Below the pieces are notes generated by a model. It worked only from the letters and a program-made list of their open reading frames with translations. It did not search any database and was not told where the DNA came from. From contig NC_092672.1 of assembly GCF_964355755.1 (NCBI RefSeq), positions 4,278,001 through 4,342,000 on the forward strand: DNA of 64,000 nucleotides, given 5' to 3'. The position numbers and the translations under genes were made by a program. Shown piece by piece: positions 53,001 through 64,000 of the stretch (positions are counted from its first letter, which is position 1; every line of letters starts with the position of its first letter). The stretch comes from Antedon mediterranea (Eukaryota; Animalia; Echinodermata).

Positions 53001-56000
53001 TTTTTATATTCATTTTTATTTATTAAACTTCTCACTAAGACATACATTAGTGAAGGATGGGTCCAACAGGTGGAAACGGTCCAGTCCCACTTGCACAATG
53101 AATTCAGTTATGATCAGTGGATGTGTGTGACAGTGGCTGTATGTGTGGACTAGTACACCGGGGTAACCCCTAACCACTCATGTAAAGATGGACTAGATTC
53201 TTTAAAGTGCACATGAGCTAGATGTGTACACTGGACCTACGTGTTATAGTCCTTTACCAAGAAGACTTGTTACATGGATTGATTGAGCCGCGAACCCTTG
53301 CAGATTCTACTTCAGTTCAATACAGAGTTAAAGGTAGATTCAGTCTATAATTATAGTCACTTTAACAATAAGCTAGCTATGTTTTGTGTAATCAAAAAAT
53401 GGTTTACAATTAGAAAGAAGAGGGACCTACACTATCAAGTGATTAATTGTCATTTAAAAAAGAAATTTTCTATCAAGATTTTCACACATTGACTTCTATG
53501 AAGATGTGATTGTCCAGTAATTGATTCGGTCAATTCATCTGATTTTTATGATGACCAAAATTCAATATCAAAATAACCATATATACTCTTTTTGTAACAT
53601 TTTGATATACATTTTGTGATTTTAAATTGCATAGGTTTGATGGAGCATGGGCGTGACTGGGTTTCCATCTCGAAAATGGTTGGTTCTAAAACAGAATCGC
53701 AATGTCGCAACTTTTACTCCAACTACAGAAAGAAACTTCATCTCGAAGAAATCCTTGAAGAACATTGTAAAAACGTATGTCATTTTAGTTTTGTTATACA
53801 GTTATCTATTTTTCGATTTTATTAGGAATAATTTTGGCAATGTCTGTTTTTTATATATGAACATTTATAATAATAATGTCATACCGCTGACGAAGTCTAC
53901 AACTGTTGATTTTTTTTTATTGTTTTGTGATCAAAAGTTTAATTATTTATTTACTTGCTTTACTACCAACACAGTTGATTCTTACAATAATTATAATATA
54001 ATAATAAGTCTTATAAATCAGAACTTTAATTATCTACATACTTGCTTATCTACTACCAATATAGATGAGTCTTATAATAATTATAATAATGAGTCTAATG
54101 TATTAAGTAATGTCAATTTAATTTAAATTTAATTATTTATAGGTTTCTGGTGATAAAACAGCAGGAAGCTCAGCCATTGATTTCTCATCTGATGATGAGT
54201 CGGACGTAGACAGTGATATGGATTGTAGCACAGACACGGCAAGTGCTAGTGAAAGTGAGGATACCTCAACTTATCAAAAGAACGATAAACAATTAACTAA
54301 AACTGAAAATGATTCAAAAACTAGTGTTAAAACATCTGAAACAAATACTGAAAAAAAACCACTGGAAAATTCAAACGATATAGATTCAAAAATTAAAATA
54401 AAATCGGAAGAGACTAAAATGGAAGTTGATATTGTAAATGTGGAAATAAAGCAAGAAGACGATGATTCTAGCGCTACGTGTAGCGCGGACGAAGCACCAC
54501 ACGCCACAGATTTGTTTGATAAAACATGCGAAAAAACATCTGATAATAAAATGAGTGTTAGCTCAAGTGGGGATAAAGCAGTTAAAGTAAAGGAGGAAGT
54601 TATAAAGATCGAACCAGGTACAACGGAGCAACCGACTAGTACATTCTCTAGCTTACAGGATAATATGAATAGATTTAACATCAGGGATCTCATCAACTCG
54701 GCCATTGATAAACATCTTGGTACGTATGTTTTTGTCCATATATGGACATGATGATGTCATATCACTACCATATTTGGGCATATCACTACCATATTTAGGC
54801 ACATCACACTTTTTTTGTCAAACTAGTTTGATAGTTTAGACAGAGCTTTAAAGAGTGTGAGTGTTCCTATTGTTTTTAATAATACAACGACATATTTAAA
54901 TATAATTGGTTTTTTTTTACTCCAGCAAAACCAACTCCAATTGATGTAACCTCAAAAGAATCTGCTTCCTTGACTACAAAAAGCCACACACCCAAAGATG
55001 CCAAACCATCTCACGCATTGCTATCAAACATGGACCCAAAAGTTAACCACGTAGACAGACGTGAAAGACAAACGGTTGACAGGCGTACGCCTAGTCGGCC
55101 AGATTCTCGAGAGTCTGTTGTGAAAATGAGACCTAGATCTTCCGACTCTAATTCCGGATTCTCATCCCCACATATTGTCCACACATCGCAACATCAAGAA
55201 CGTCATCGGAGGGACCCTTACGAACGCCCTCAAGAACATTTAGAAGATTCACATGCGAGACAACAGTTTGCATATTTTGGTCATGCCGGTTATCCTAGTT
55301 ACCATGGTTATGAAAGTCTAATGGACAGAGGACATCCAGCTGCTAATTTGGACGCATATAACAGGTCATCGCGAATGTTTGTCTCTAAAACAGAATCACC
55401 ATACCCCTTGATACCATCACCTCTAGCCACCCAAGATAGGGAATTGTTACTAAGGCAGGCTAGAGCTACTCCCACTGGGATGCCAAAGGTGTCGATGCCA
55501 CCTCCGCCACCTCTTAAGCCTAGTAAATCACCCAAGCCTATAAAGGATGAGAAATTATCGCCTACGATACAGATGGTGCATGCCGTGCCTGGATCTATTA
55601 CTCATGGTACACCTAACAATTATCCAAGATCATCACCGTCACCCAATAGGTTCGTGGTCTTTTGTTTGTGATTGACAGTTGTCTGCTTATTTGAATATAT
55701 ATATAATAATGTTTTTGCTTTTCTGGCTTTTTCGTTTTGATTTAGCTTTTTTTTTTGTATCTCCATTGAGATCCAGCTGCTGATACCCACAGCATTGTAA
55801 TTTTTTCAGTAATTTGCCTTTGGATTTATAATAATGTAATATATATATTAATGTAATATATATATAAAATTATGTAAACAGTTAGAAATGCAGACCCCCT
55901 TAGTTATCTCTATGCACCCTCAAGATTATACAGTGAGAAAGCACCAATTTGTATTGAATACAGCACCCCTAGAGAAACCTACCTTTATTACCACACAAAG

Positions 56001-59000
56001 TGTCCCCTTAAGCTTAGTTCCCACTGGTGATGCAACGCAATGACGTAACGCAACGCAAGTGATTTGACCAATCACAAGCCATGGATTATTCGAACAGTGG
56101 CTTGTCATTGGTCAACTCGCTTGTGTTGCGTTACATCCTTGTGTCTCTAGTGGGAACCAATCATTAGTAAGGGTGTCTCCTTGAATAGGGACTGGCTGTA
56201 TTGTTATAAGGAGTGTCCCATTAATAGTGATGTACTCTACTTTACCACTGTGCCTTTTCATTGTACAGAGTACCTAAAGGAACACCAGTGAGGTATGATG
56301 CCCATCTGATGCAACAAGCCCATCATCAGCTATCGCCTAATCAGCATCAAGGTGGCTCTATCACACATGGTACGCCAATTGGGCCAAAAGAGACAACATC
56401 AGTGGGATCCATAACAAAAGGGATTCCTATTAAGCAAGAACCAAGAGGTACAATAAAAAGTTGATACTATTTTGCTTTCTTTGAATTTTATATAAAATAA
56501 GTCAAAACTCCCTAAATATTGTCCCTTGGGTTGGCCCAAAATATTGTTTTTTTTTACAATTCTAGGTTGTAGAATAAACCTGCGATTGTTAAGGTTTTAC
56601 TTATTTGTATCCTTTTTACTTTAAACAGGAAGCCATTATGGTAGCCATGAAAGCCAACGAAATATGCAAAGGGAGTATGAACATGCCACGCATCACAGGG
56701 ACAGAGAGACGAACGCAAGTCTGTATGAAGCCAGTTTACGAGCGGCTCAACGACGTGAGAGCCCCGTTACAAAATACGAAGGCCGAGTCGTCTATGAAGC
56801 TCATTCTAAAGGTATAATGTCGGCTAGATTATGATTGTTGCTGTTTTCCTATTCACACACTGACTTAAGCTCTGTCTACACTATCAAGCAAAAACTTTAA
56901 TGTGCCCATATATGGACATTATGATGTCATATCCATATTTGGGCATATCACCATATTTGGGCACATCACACTTTTTTTGTCACATAAAGTTTGATAGTGT
57001 AGACAGAGCTTTAGAACTCAATCTGTGTATTGTAAAGATTCTATGCAAAAAATAGGTAGCACTTCATTCCAGTATTAGCATGCAAAGCCTTATTTAAATA
57101 GTTACTCCATTTACTGTCAAACAGATAGATTGTGCATGCTTCTTAATAGCCCACTACTAGCCCACATACCATTTTATTAGACATGCATCGGGCTAGTGCT
57201 AAATTGATATTTAGAAATGCTATTATACTGTGATGATTATCATTGCACTGCAATCAATCAATCTTGTTGTATACTAGGAGGGAGTGGTGATGGCCACAGT
57301 ATGTATAATGTACATTACCCTCATGGAGCACAAGAGATGGCACTCTCTAGGGGACAGTTTGACAGCTCTAAAGAGACTCTAGCAGGTTAGTTGGAGATGG
57401 CTTGCTTGCTCATGGATGCTTAGTTCACTTGGATAGGGTCACCCAGCTGTCTTTTCTCCCCACCCGAAAGTTTATTTTACAACATACAACTCTGCATAAG
57501 TTTTTTTGTAGCTACCCTAATGTTGCTATAAATAACTGGGTAACTGGTCTATGTAAGGATTGATAACTGCTAATGATTATGAGCAACTGCTAATATGAGT
57601 TATGTAATAGTATAAACTCAAGTTTTTGAATTTGACAAAGTTATACCACTTACAACCTATATGGTAATGAATTCCAAAAAATGGTTTTATTTTTTGTTTA
57701 GGTGATTTTCTGACTGCTAAGAAGATGCGGCATTTACCAAGTAGTAGTGGAAAAGACCGTCCAGCATCACCTCCTAGAGCGCCCCATACGCCTACAAATA
57801 AGACACCTTACTCTCAACTTGAAGCAGCCCACTTACCGCCTCACATGCTTTACCCTCACCAGGTATTCTTTTGTTTTCGTTTTTAGGTTCAAATATTATT
57901 TATATTTAACAGTTTTGATTTTTTGTTTAAACTTCCCCACTTCCAAAATCAAGTGATATTTTGATTATGTGAGAATATTATTTGCGGTTTTTATCTTTGT
58001 ATTTTAGGGAGGTCTGATGTACATACAAACAGGTTATCTGCCAGTCCACCACATGCCTGCACAATACATACCAATCAGCCACCCTGCATCGCCTCATGTA
58101 CTACCCCCTCACCCTCACACTTCCCTTGCTCATATTCCGCAAGGTCCTCCTGATGCTAGGCCTCAATCGTCAGGAGCCCAACATCGGGAGGTTTACATGG
58201 ATTATCCAGGTGGACCACCTAGACATTGGCCTGGAGTGTCACCGCATGATCAGGCTAGGTTGAGCTCTGGGAGAGGAGCTAGCCCAGGTGCACAGGCACA
58301 AGCGAGGATGCATGGGCAACCACCGTCGATGGGTAGCATCATGCAGGGAACGCCGATGCGAGTGGGGCCTAGCATCATGACTGGTACGCCAAACCATGAG
58401 TTGAAAGCTGCAGCCAGAGTGACTGCAGACAGTAGTAGTGGTAAGGACAATTTTGTTTATTTGTATTCGATATTAAAACCAATCGCAGTGATGACAACAC
58501 CACATAAGGAGGTGGTTTAAGTGTGACCACAATGACAATGCCACAAGCCTAACAATATTCTGATAACACTGATAACAATATACTGTACCGACATTTCTGA
58601 TACCAGTATACTGCTATTATTGATACTGATAGCATTCTGACATTACTGATAATATAATGTAAAGACAATACTGATACCAATATACTGATACCAATATACT
58701 GATATTACTGATAGCATTCTGACATTACTGGTAATATAATGTAAAGACAGTACTGATACCAATATACTGATATTACTGATACCATTCGGACTGATAAAAA
58801 TATACTATAAAGACAATACTGATACCAATATACTTATATTACTGATACTGATAGCATTCTGATATTACTGATGGCACTGATAACAATATTATGACATTAC
58901 TGATGCTGATAACATTTTGTAATCATTTACCAGGTTCTCGGAGCAAGTCTGTTGCCATACAGCCTACTGGAACTGAGGCATTTCAAGCTCTTATAAATCT

Positions 59001-61805
59001 AGCAACATCATCCGAAGATAGAAAGAACGATGGTGGGTGTCTTCTGCACAACTTTACAAACTATATAAATATAATATAAATTCCCTTGAACTAATATACA
59101 TGCCATATAATTAATACAAATGACCTATAATTTATATAAAAAATACCAATGTAGATAATAGAGGTGTGTTTCAACTTATTAAAATCACCTATGGTTTATA
59201 AACATTTCCTATAAATTATACAATTGCGCTAAAAATTAATTTAAAAATGCCATAGGACTAAAAAAAAATGTAGACATTAGAGCTAGAAGAGATGCTATAA
59301 AACTAGATGTGTAACAACTAAAACACCTCCCTAAAGCTAAAGCTCTGTATACACTATCAAACTTTCTGTAATAAAAAAATGTGCCCATAGATAGACAGGA
59401 TGATGTCATATCACTACCATATTTGGGAATATCACTACCATATTTGGGAATATCACTACCATATTTGGGCACATCACACTTTGTTTGTCAAACTAGTTTG
59501 ATTCTATAGACAGGACTTAATAGATTGTAGAGATGCCCTTTGACATAATATAATAATGCAATAAAGTTTCCTATTTAAAAATGCATGATGATTAGGCTTA
59601 ATTTCGTTATTAATTTGATATTTTTCAGATAAGCCGTCAGGAACAAAAACTGGAAAGCGAACAGAAAGATCAGATGCAAATCCGAATGAGAGCCATTTCT
59701 CATCTCGCCGGCCTGTTGCTATGGTTGAACCGTCAACTCGGAACCAATCTCCTAGCAAGCAGAGAGTTGACCAAGTCAGGGAAAACAAACCAGACTCATC
59801 ATCGGAGGATTGCTCACAAAGAGAAAGGAAAATAAATACCAATACGAACTATTCAGCAATTATAGCAGCTTTGTTTACACATGAGAATAAAGGTGCCGGT
59901 GATAATAAGGAAACCGGGAAGGATGGACCTTCAGGAGGAACGCCAATAACAGCTGCGAATCTAATTGAAGTGATAATAAATCAATCAATAAACCAACAAT
60001 CTGATCAGGATGAAGCAGAAAATAATAAGAAACCACGGCAGGAGTCTGCCAGTTCTAAAGGCAAAGCTGCCGAAGATAGACCAGCAGTTGGTTCTTCAAT
60101 TGGAGATGTGAAGAAACCATCGACGACTGCATCTTGCCCTGATTCCTCACAAATAACACTTTCTGAACATATAGACTCAATTATTTCGCATTATGAATCT
60201 CCGGCTGCGTCGTCGGATGTTGTGTCTCAGGGAAACTCACCAAATCCGTCTTCTATGAGAGATCATTCTGGTACCGTTGACACTACAACCGTACCTTCCT
60301 CGAGTAAGTCGTCAGTTGAGGCAAGTTCCAGTACTGGTTCTAAGGAAACGTCGAGGAGTGTGAATGAAGCAGAAGCTACATCTTCATCCCAAGTACCATA
60401 CAAAGTGAGTCAAATGTCTATGCACTTTACTGAACTCTTACGTAGCACCCTAACAAGCTCATCACCTACTGAAAACTTGCACTCAAGCACAAAGAAACAA
60501 TCGCCTCCTGCAAGGAGGTTTGATCTGCCCTCTAGTGGTTGTTTAGTCCCTGATAGTCGAACAAAAGATGGGTTTGGTGCTAGTAGGGGCGTATCCCCAA
60601 GCTCAACATCAGCTTTGCATAGGCAGCCTGGAAAGTCTCCTGACAGACCCCTTGTTGAGAGTAGCCAAGATATGGTGCTAAAGAACAGAGTCTATGGCTC
60701 TGATAGAGATAGTTTGTCACCTAGAAAACATCTAGAAAGTAGTTTACATCAGGGGAAACCCATGCATTTGTCGTCTCCTCGGAACAATCCAACTGAGCTT
60801 TTAGGTCAATGCCATGCTTCCTCAACCGGTGGTGGAAATAGGTCAGGTCATTCACCCTCACGGAAAACCTTAATGGATAATCAGACAAGGACTGCAGTAT
60901 TACAGGGTAGAAACTGTAGCCCAAAAGCTGATAGCCCTAAGCCTAGCTCAGCGTCGACTGAGGGCCTGCCTTCTAGAATGCCATCAGTCGGGAGTCAAAA
61001 TCGTACTCCACCAAGAACGCTTGCTAAGCCTGTAGTTATAAATAATGTACCACTGAAGATGAGCAGCTGCAAGACTAATAACACATTGTCATTTCAGTTT
61101 GATCTGCAGCAAGCTATGGAACATGTGATTGATGCTCAATTGAGACATGAACGTAATGATAATAAACAAATACGAATGGACGAATACGTCACACGATTGG
61201 TAAATGCGGAATTTAGTGGTTCAAGCAATCGGCAGAATCCGCCGCCTGACAACAGTAGTTCGTCAAAGAACACTGGTGCCAGTTCTTCGGAGGACGTTCG
61301 ACCAGACACATCTTCTGGTTGTAGACCCTTACATGGGAATGCCAGACCGGATGCTTACGACACAGAAGTGTCAAACAGTAAGAGAAGTACTTTATTAGAA
61401 GCTGCTCCATCAGGTTTGGCAGCAGCTAAGAACTCTGAAAAGATAGTTTCTAGTCATAATCCTGTAGTGGCTGCACAGTCTTCAACTGTAGACGATTCAG
61501 GCCAACAAGTGCAGTCACATTACCCAGGCTCCTCCCAAGTTAACTATCCCTTAGCGAATCAATATAGATATTCTGCATTATCCATTTTAAATATTGGAGG
61601 ACCACCGTCTGGGATAGCACCATCCGGGATAGCACATCCTATGCCACATCAAAATCAATCTCTCCATGTTCCTCCGACACACTCAAGCCAAACCAGTAGC
61701 CCTTCCCCTGGGTTAGGGGCTGTTAAACAAGTAGCAGGCTACCGGGATAAAGAACCTCAACCTCTGCTTTCCTCTCAGTATGAAACCCTATCAGATAGTG
61801 ATTAA
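32035..61805 (+). CDS. NCOR1: Nuclear receptor corepressor NCoR/SMRT ortholog, 29 coding exons, ~2372 aa
   Basis: Exons 32035-32057, 39401-39578, 39863-39969, 40853-41039, 41205-41366, 41560-41676, 43925-43981, 44160-44212, 44576-44642, 45383-45468, 47580-47666, 48708-48883, 49001-49143, 49510-49694, 50531-50799, 51443-51602, 51860-51975, 52612-52728, 52945-52992, 53635-53774, 54143-54719, 54926-55649, 56269-56447, 56629-56811, 57278-57385, 57702-57862, 58008-58440, 58934-59032 and 59629-61805 (7119 nt, in frame). Motifs: [14 protein letters not shown]2-binding [48 protein letters not shown]1, SANT2, [17 protein letters not shown] repeats, CoRNR boxes and C-terminal [13 protein letters not shown]. 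Exon 1 is less certain, with an alternative start at 39402. Confidence 0.95.
36737..37657. mobile_element. 921-bp internally deleted DNA transposon with GGCC-terminal TIRs and a TTA target-site duplication (Harbinger/Zator-type TWA)
   Basis: TTA|ggccatgtaaaaaaaaaa..ttgttgatcgtcct at 36734 and aggacgatcaacaatttttttttttacatggcc|TTA ending at 37660. An internal CpG-rich ORF remnant lies at 37065-37400. Confidence 0.8.
38557..38732 (+). repeat. Dispersed repeat fragment duplicated at ~49817-49966; both copies are in NCoR introns
   Basis: Shared tcaaattg.ctgccagccaatggatttttggtt..aaaactacaaaataacctattcaaa.tctgatt..aataatcttcattt. Confidence 0.75.
42150..42735 (+). repeat. Diverged local tandem duplication (~350-bp period) in NCoR intron 6
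   Basis: atttaatgtagaaatgt, tatcaataatttccaaaataaata.gtag and tttgacctttcaccttct each occur twice in the same order. Confidence 0.65.
47884..48118. mobile_element. Tc1/mariner-type MITE remnant
   Basis: Internal cctattcaa..ggacac subrepeats and a right end tagggggttttactg|TA (CAGT-type terminus with TA). Confidence 0.5.
49210..49400 (+). mobile_element. Degenerate tRNA-derived SINE
   Basis: A-box-like tagcttggtggtta, B-box-like gttcaatcc and an A-rich tail. Confidence 0.45.
50822..51057 (+). mobile_element. 5'-truncated RTE-clade LINE 3' end
   Basis: Translates [37 protein letters not shown], the typical RTE ORF C-terminus. A short UTR and a (GAC)n tail follow. Confidence 0.8.
52095..52460 (-). 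mobile_element. Degenerate Nin/Deu-type SINE interrupted by a MITE (52276-52387)
   Basis: ccctactcttttggaata..ttctttaac..gagaccaacagcttt..tccgaagg is the reverse complement of a Deu-like core. Confidence 0.5.
53110..53302 (-). mobile_element. Second copy of the Deu/Nin SINE
   Basis: Reverse complement of the 26150-26320 core (tacaccggggtaacccct..ttctttaaagtgcac..tgtacactggacctacg..atagtcct). Confidence 0.75.
56011..56163. mobile_element. MITE with t(a/g)gttcccact TIRs and TTA flanks
   Basis: TTA|agcttagttcccactgg at the left end and ctagtgggaaccaatca|TTA at the right end, with internal gcaacgcaa / ttgcgtt repeats. Confidence 0.65.
58555..58915 (+). repeat. Degenerate minisatellite (atactgata-based) in NCoR intron 27
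   Basis: Repeated actgatacc/actgatatt/actgatagc units with a higher-order period of ~75 bp. Confidence 0.8.
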
Positions 61806-63618
61806 ACAACAAATCCACAGATTAGGCCTGCCATCATTCTAGTATAAAAACCTAACCATTTTAAATTAAATGCTATTTTGGTAAAGTTTTATATCATTAA
61901 GCCTTGTGTAGACTATCAAACTAGTTTGAACAAAAATGTGTGATGTTGTGATATGACATCATCATGTCTATATATGGGCACATCACATTTTTTTGTCACA
62001 TAAAGTTGATACTGTAGACAGAGCTTTACAATACATTTTTTTGTAATACACATTTATTGTTTATGTTCGATGATTTTATGGTATACATATTAGTGTTGCA
62101 CTACATGGTTGGGTTGTATTATTATCTTTATGTTATAAAGTGTAGCGCAAAAAAAATATTTGACACCACTAACCATATTATTTATGTTGTATACCCTTGC
62201 AATTAGGTAATGACTGAAATAATGGTATACAGCAGTCAAAATTTATAACAAAGGATTAAGGCACAAATAATAATACTATAGGGGTGGGCTGTACCATTGT
62301 ATTCTTAGGATGTGTTGTAGAAAGAATAATTTCTATGTTGGAAATAGATAATTGTATAAATACAATATGTTAGGTGCTTAACAGTTGTAACGTAAGCAGG
62401 GTGTTGAATATTCATGTGTAAATATTCATGAATATTCATGTGTAAATGATTGACATGAGTGATAATGTAAAATAAATCTGTATATAAGTAATGTTTATAT
62501 CATGTTTAAGGTAAACGTTTCCTACAATTATAAAAAAAAATGCTTAAACACTTTTCAACATTTATTTGCATGAAACGTGGCATCAGTGCTGTAAAAAAAA
62601 ACTTTTTTCTTTGTGTAAAGCCCTGTCTACACTTTCAAACTATGATGTGCCCAAATATGGTAGTGATATGCTTAAATATGGTAGTGATATGACGCCATCA
62701 TGTGCATATATGGGCACATCACGTTTTTTTTCACATAAAGTTTGATAGTGTAAACAGAGCTCAAGGGAGTTGTCGTGTTTTGGTGCCAGTAAGGGGCTCT
62801 TCCTGCCTCCAAACAGGAGCACAGCTCTCTACCATACCTCCTACTGAAATTTCTTTCTAGTCCCCCTCTGGCACCAATTCGGGAAAGTACATCCATTCAG
62901 GGCTGTAAAGTGTGGCTGTTCGATCAAGGTATAGTTGTTTTTTTTTCTTCTCCCAAATGCTAGTTTCTATTTTTAAACAGTTATACTGTATTATTTGAAT
63001 ATGCTCTTGGGTAAAATACAAGAAAAACAATACAATTATGATAATTATACACACAAGAGCATATAAACAATTATTTACTTACTTAGACCCTGTGAGTGAA
63101 TAACTTTACATAACACCTAATTTACAGTACATTGATGAAATCCACTAGCCTTGAGGTTCACTAACATTTTACAGCCCTGAATGTAGAGTTGAGATATTGC
63201 ACTTGCTACATAGCAATGCTACAGTTTGCAAGCTGCAGTGTCTTAAGGTAATTTTATGTTGTTGCTGAGGCACACTATAATGAGTTACATAAGAAGCCTT
63301 GTAACTTGCTGTTATATGTAAAGCATATGTTGAATAAAAACATCATATTTGACAAAATTGTGCGTAATAAATTTTGTTTATTCTTTAGTTGTATGGTAAT
63401 TTATGTTCCATTTTTGTCAACATTGGACCACTTTTAAGTGACAGTATGAGAATAGACATGATTTATTTTACTTGTATATAAAATCTTTTATTTTTATTGT
63501 TACTACTTTTTTACATGTAAGTAGTAGGCATTCATTTCCAATATAATCATTGTACAATAATCATGCAGTAGGCATTATTTTCACTGATAATCCTAAAGGT
63601 CATTGTATGTCACCAAGT

Positions 63619-63918
63619 TTATTCTATTCGTTCATCTCCTTCCTCTACATCTTTTAAACTGAGCACCTCAACACGACCTTTGCCCTTTGTTCCTGACCTT
63701 ACAAGCTCTTCAACATCTTTATAAACACCTGGATCTACAAGACAAACCAATTCTAGTTCATCGTCAAATTCTTCTGATTCTACTTTTGACATCAACGGTG
63801 CTAGTCTGTCTTTGATCTTCCTTGTTTCCTTGCTTGGTATACCAATTCGTAACCTCATCTGTGCCCGTGCTATTTGGAAGTTGTCCGTTTCTTTCAGCTT
63901 TTTGATAACTTCTAAAGC
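63619..63918 (-). CDS. SBDS: Ribosome maturation protein SBDS, last coding exon; the gene continues off the right edge
   Basis: Acceptor ttttttag at 63919. The exon reads ALEVIKKLKE..IARAQMRLRI..LVCLVDPGVYKDVEELVRSGTKGKGRVEVLSLKDVEEGD, the SBDS C-terminal domain. Confidence 0.93.
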   Translation of the reverse strand, partial: ALEVIKKLKETDNFQIARAQMRLRIGIPSKETRKIKDRLAPLMSKVESEEFDDELELVCLVDPGVYKDVEELVRSGTKGKGRVEVLSLKDVEEGDERIE

Positions 63919-64000
63919 CTAAAAAATAAAATTAATCAATAAACTAGAAGCAACAATAAAGCAGTAATTAAAACATCTTCCTCTCTCCTTCTATGCACAC

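Noticed and set aside
59721-61805. Stand-alone 694-aa gene
   Set aside because: It is the terminal exon of NCoR (acceptor at 59628, CoRNR boxes, LSD motif).

Overview
AT-rich, intron-containing animal genomic DNA. It is probably a marine invertebrate deuterostome such as an echinoderm, which is an inference from the gene and repeat content. Manual splicing gives eight protein-coding genes: SLX1 (-, partial), COQ5 (+), a CUB-TSP1-TM type I membrane protein (-), TMEM199/VMA12 (+), a catalytically dead MULE/SWIM transposase-derived gene (+), POLDIP2 (+), a 29-exon NCoR/SMRT corepressor (+) and the last exon of SBDS (-). Introns carry about 22 copies of one MITE family, Deu/Nin-domain SINEs, an RTE 3' end and Penelope-like fragments. 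The most unusual region is 14.6-23.5 kb. It holds a 2.6-kb TIR element followed by a 6.1-kb foldback-type element. The two inverted 106-bp tandem arrays of the foldback are built from a variant of its own terminal motif, and its junctions look like recombinase crossover sites. A degenerate hammerhead-ribozyme motif is nested in its centre. Other highlights are an antisense copy of the 27-nt POLDIP2 exon 8 inside intron 3 of the same gene, TA-GGCC-TA insertion footprints seen directly in the satellite units and clustered behind the promoters, and a Cys-rich double zinc-finger insert in NCoR joined by a GC-AG intron. All calls come from reading the sequence; no database searches were run.
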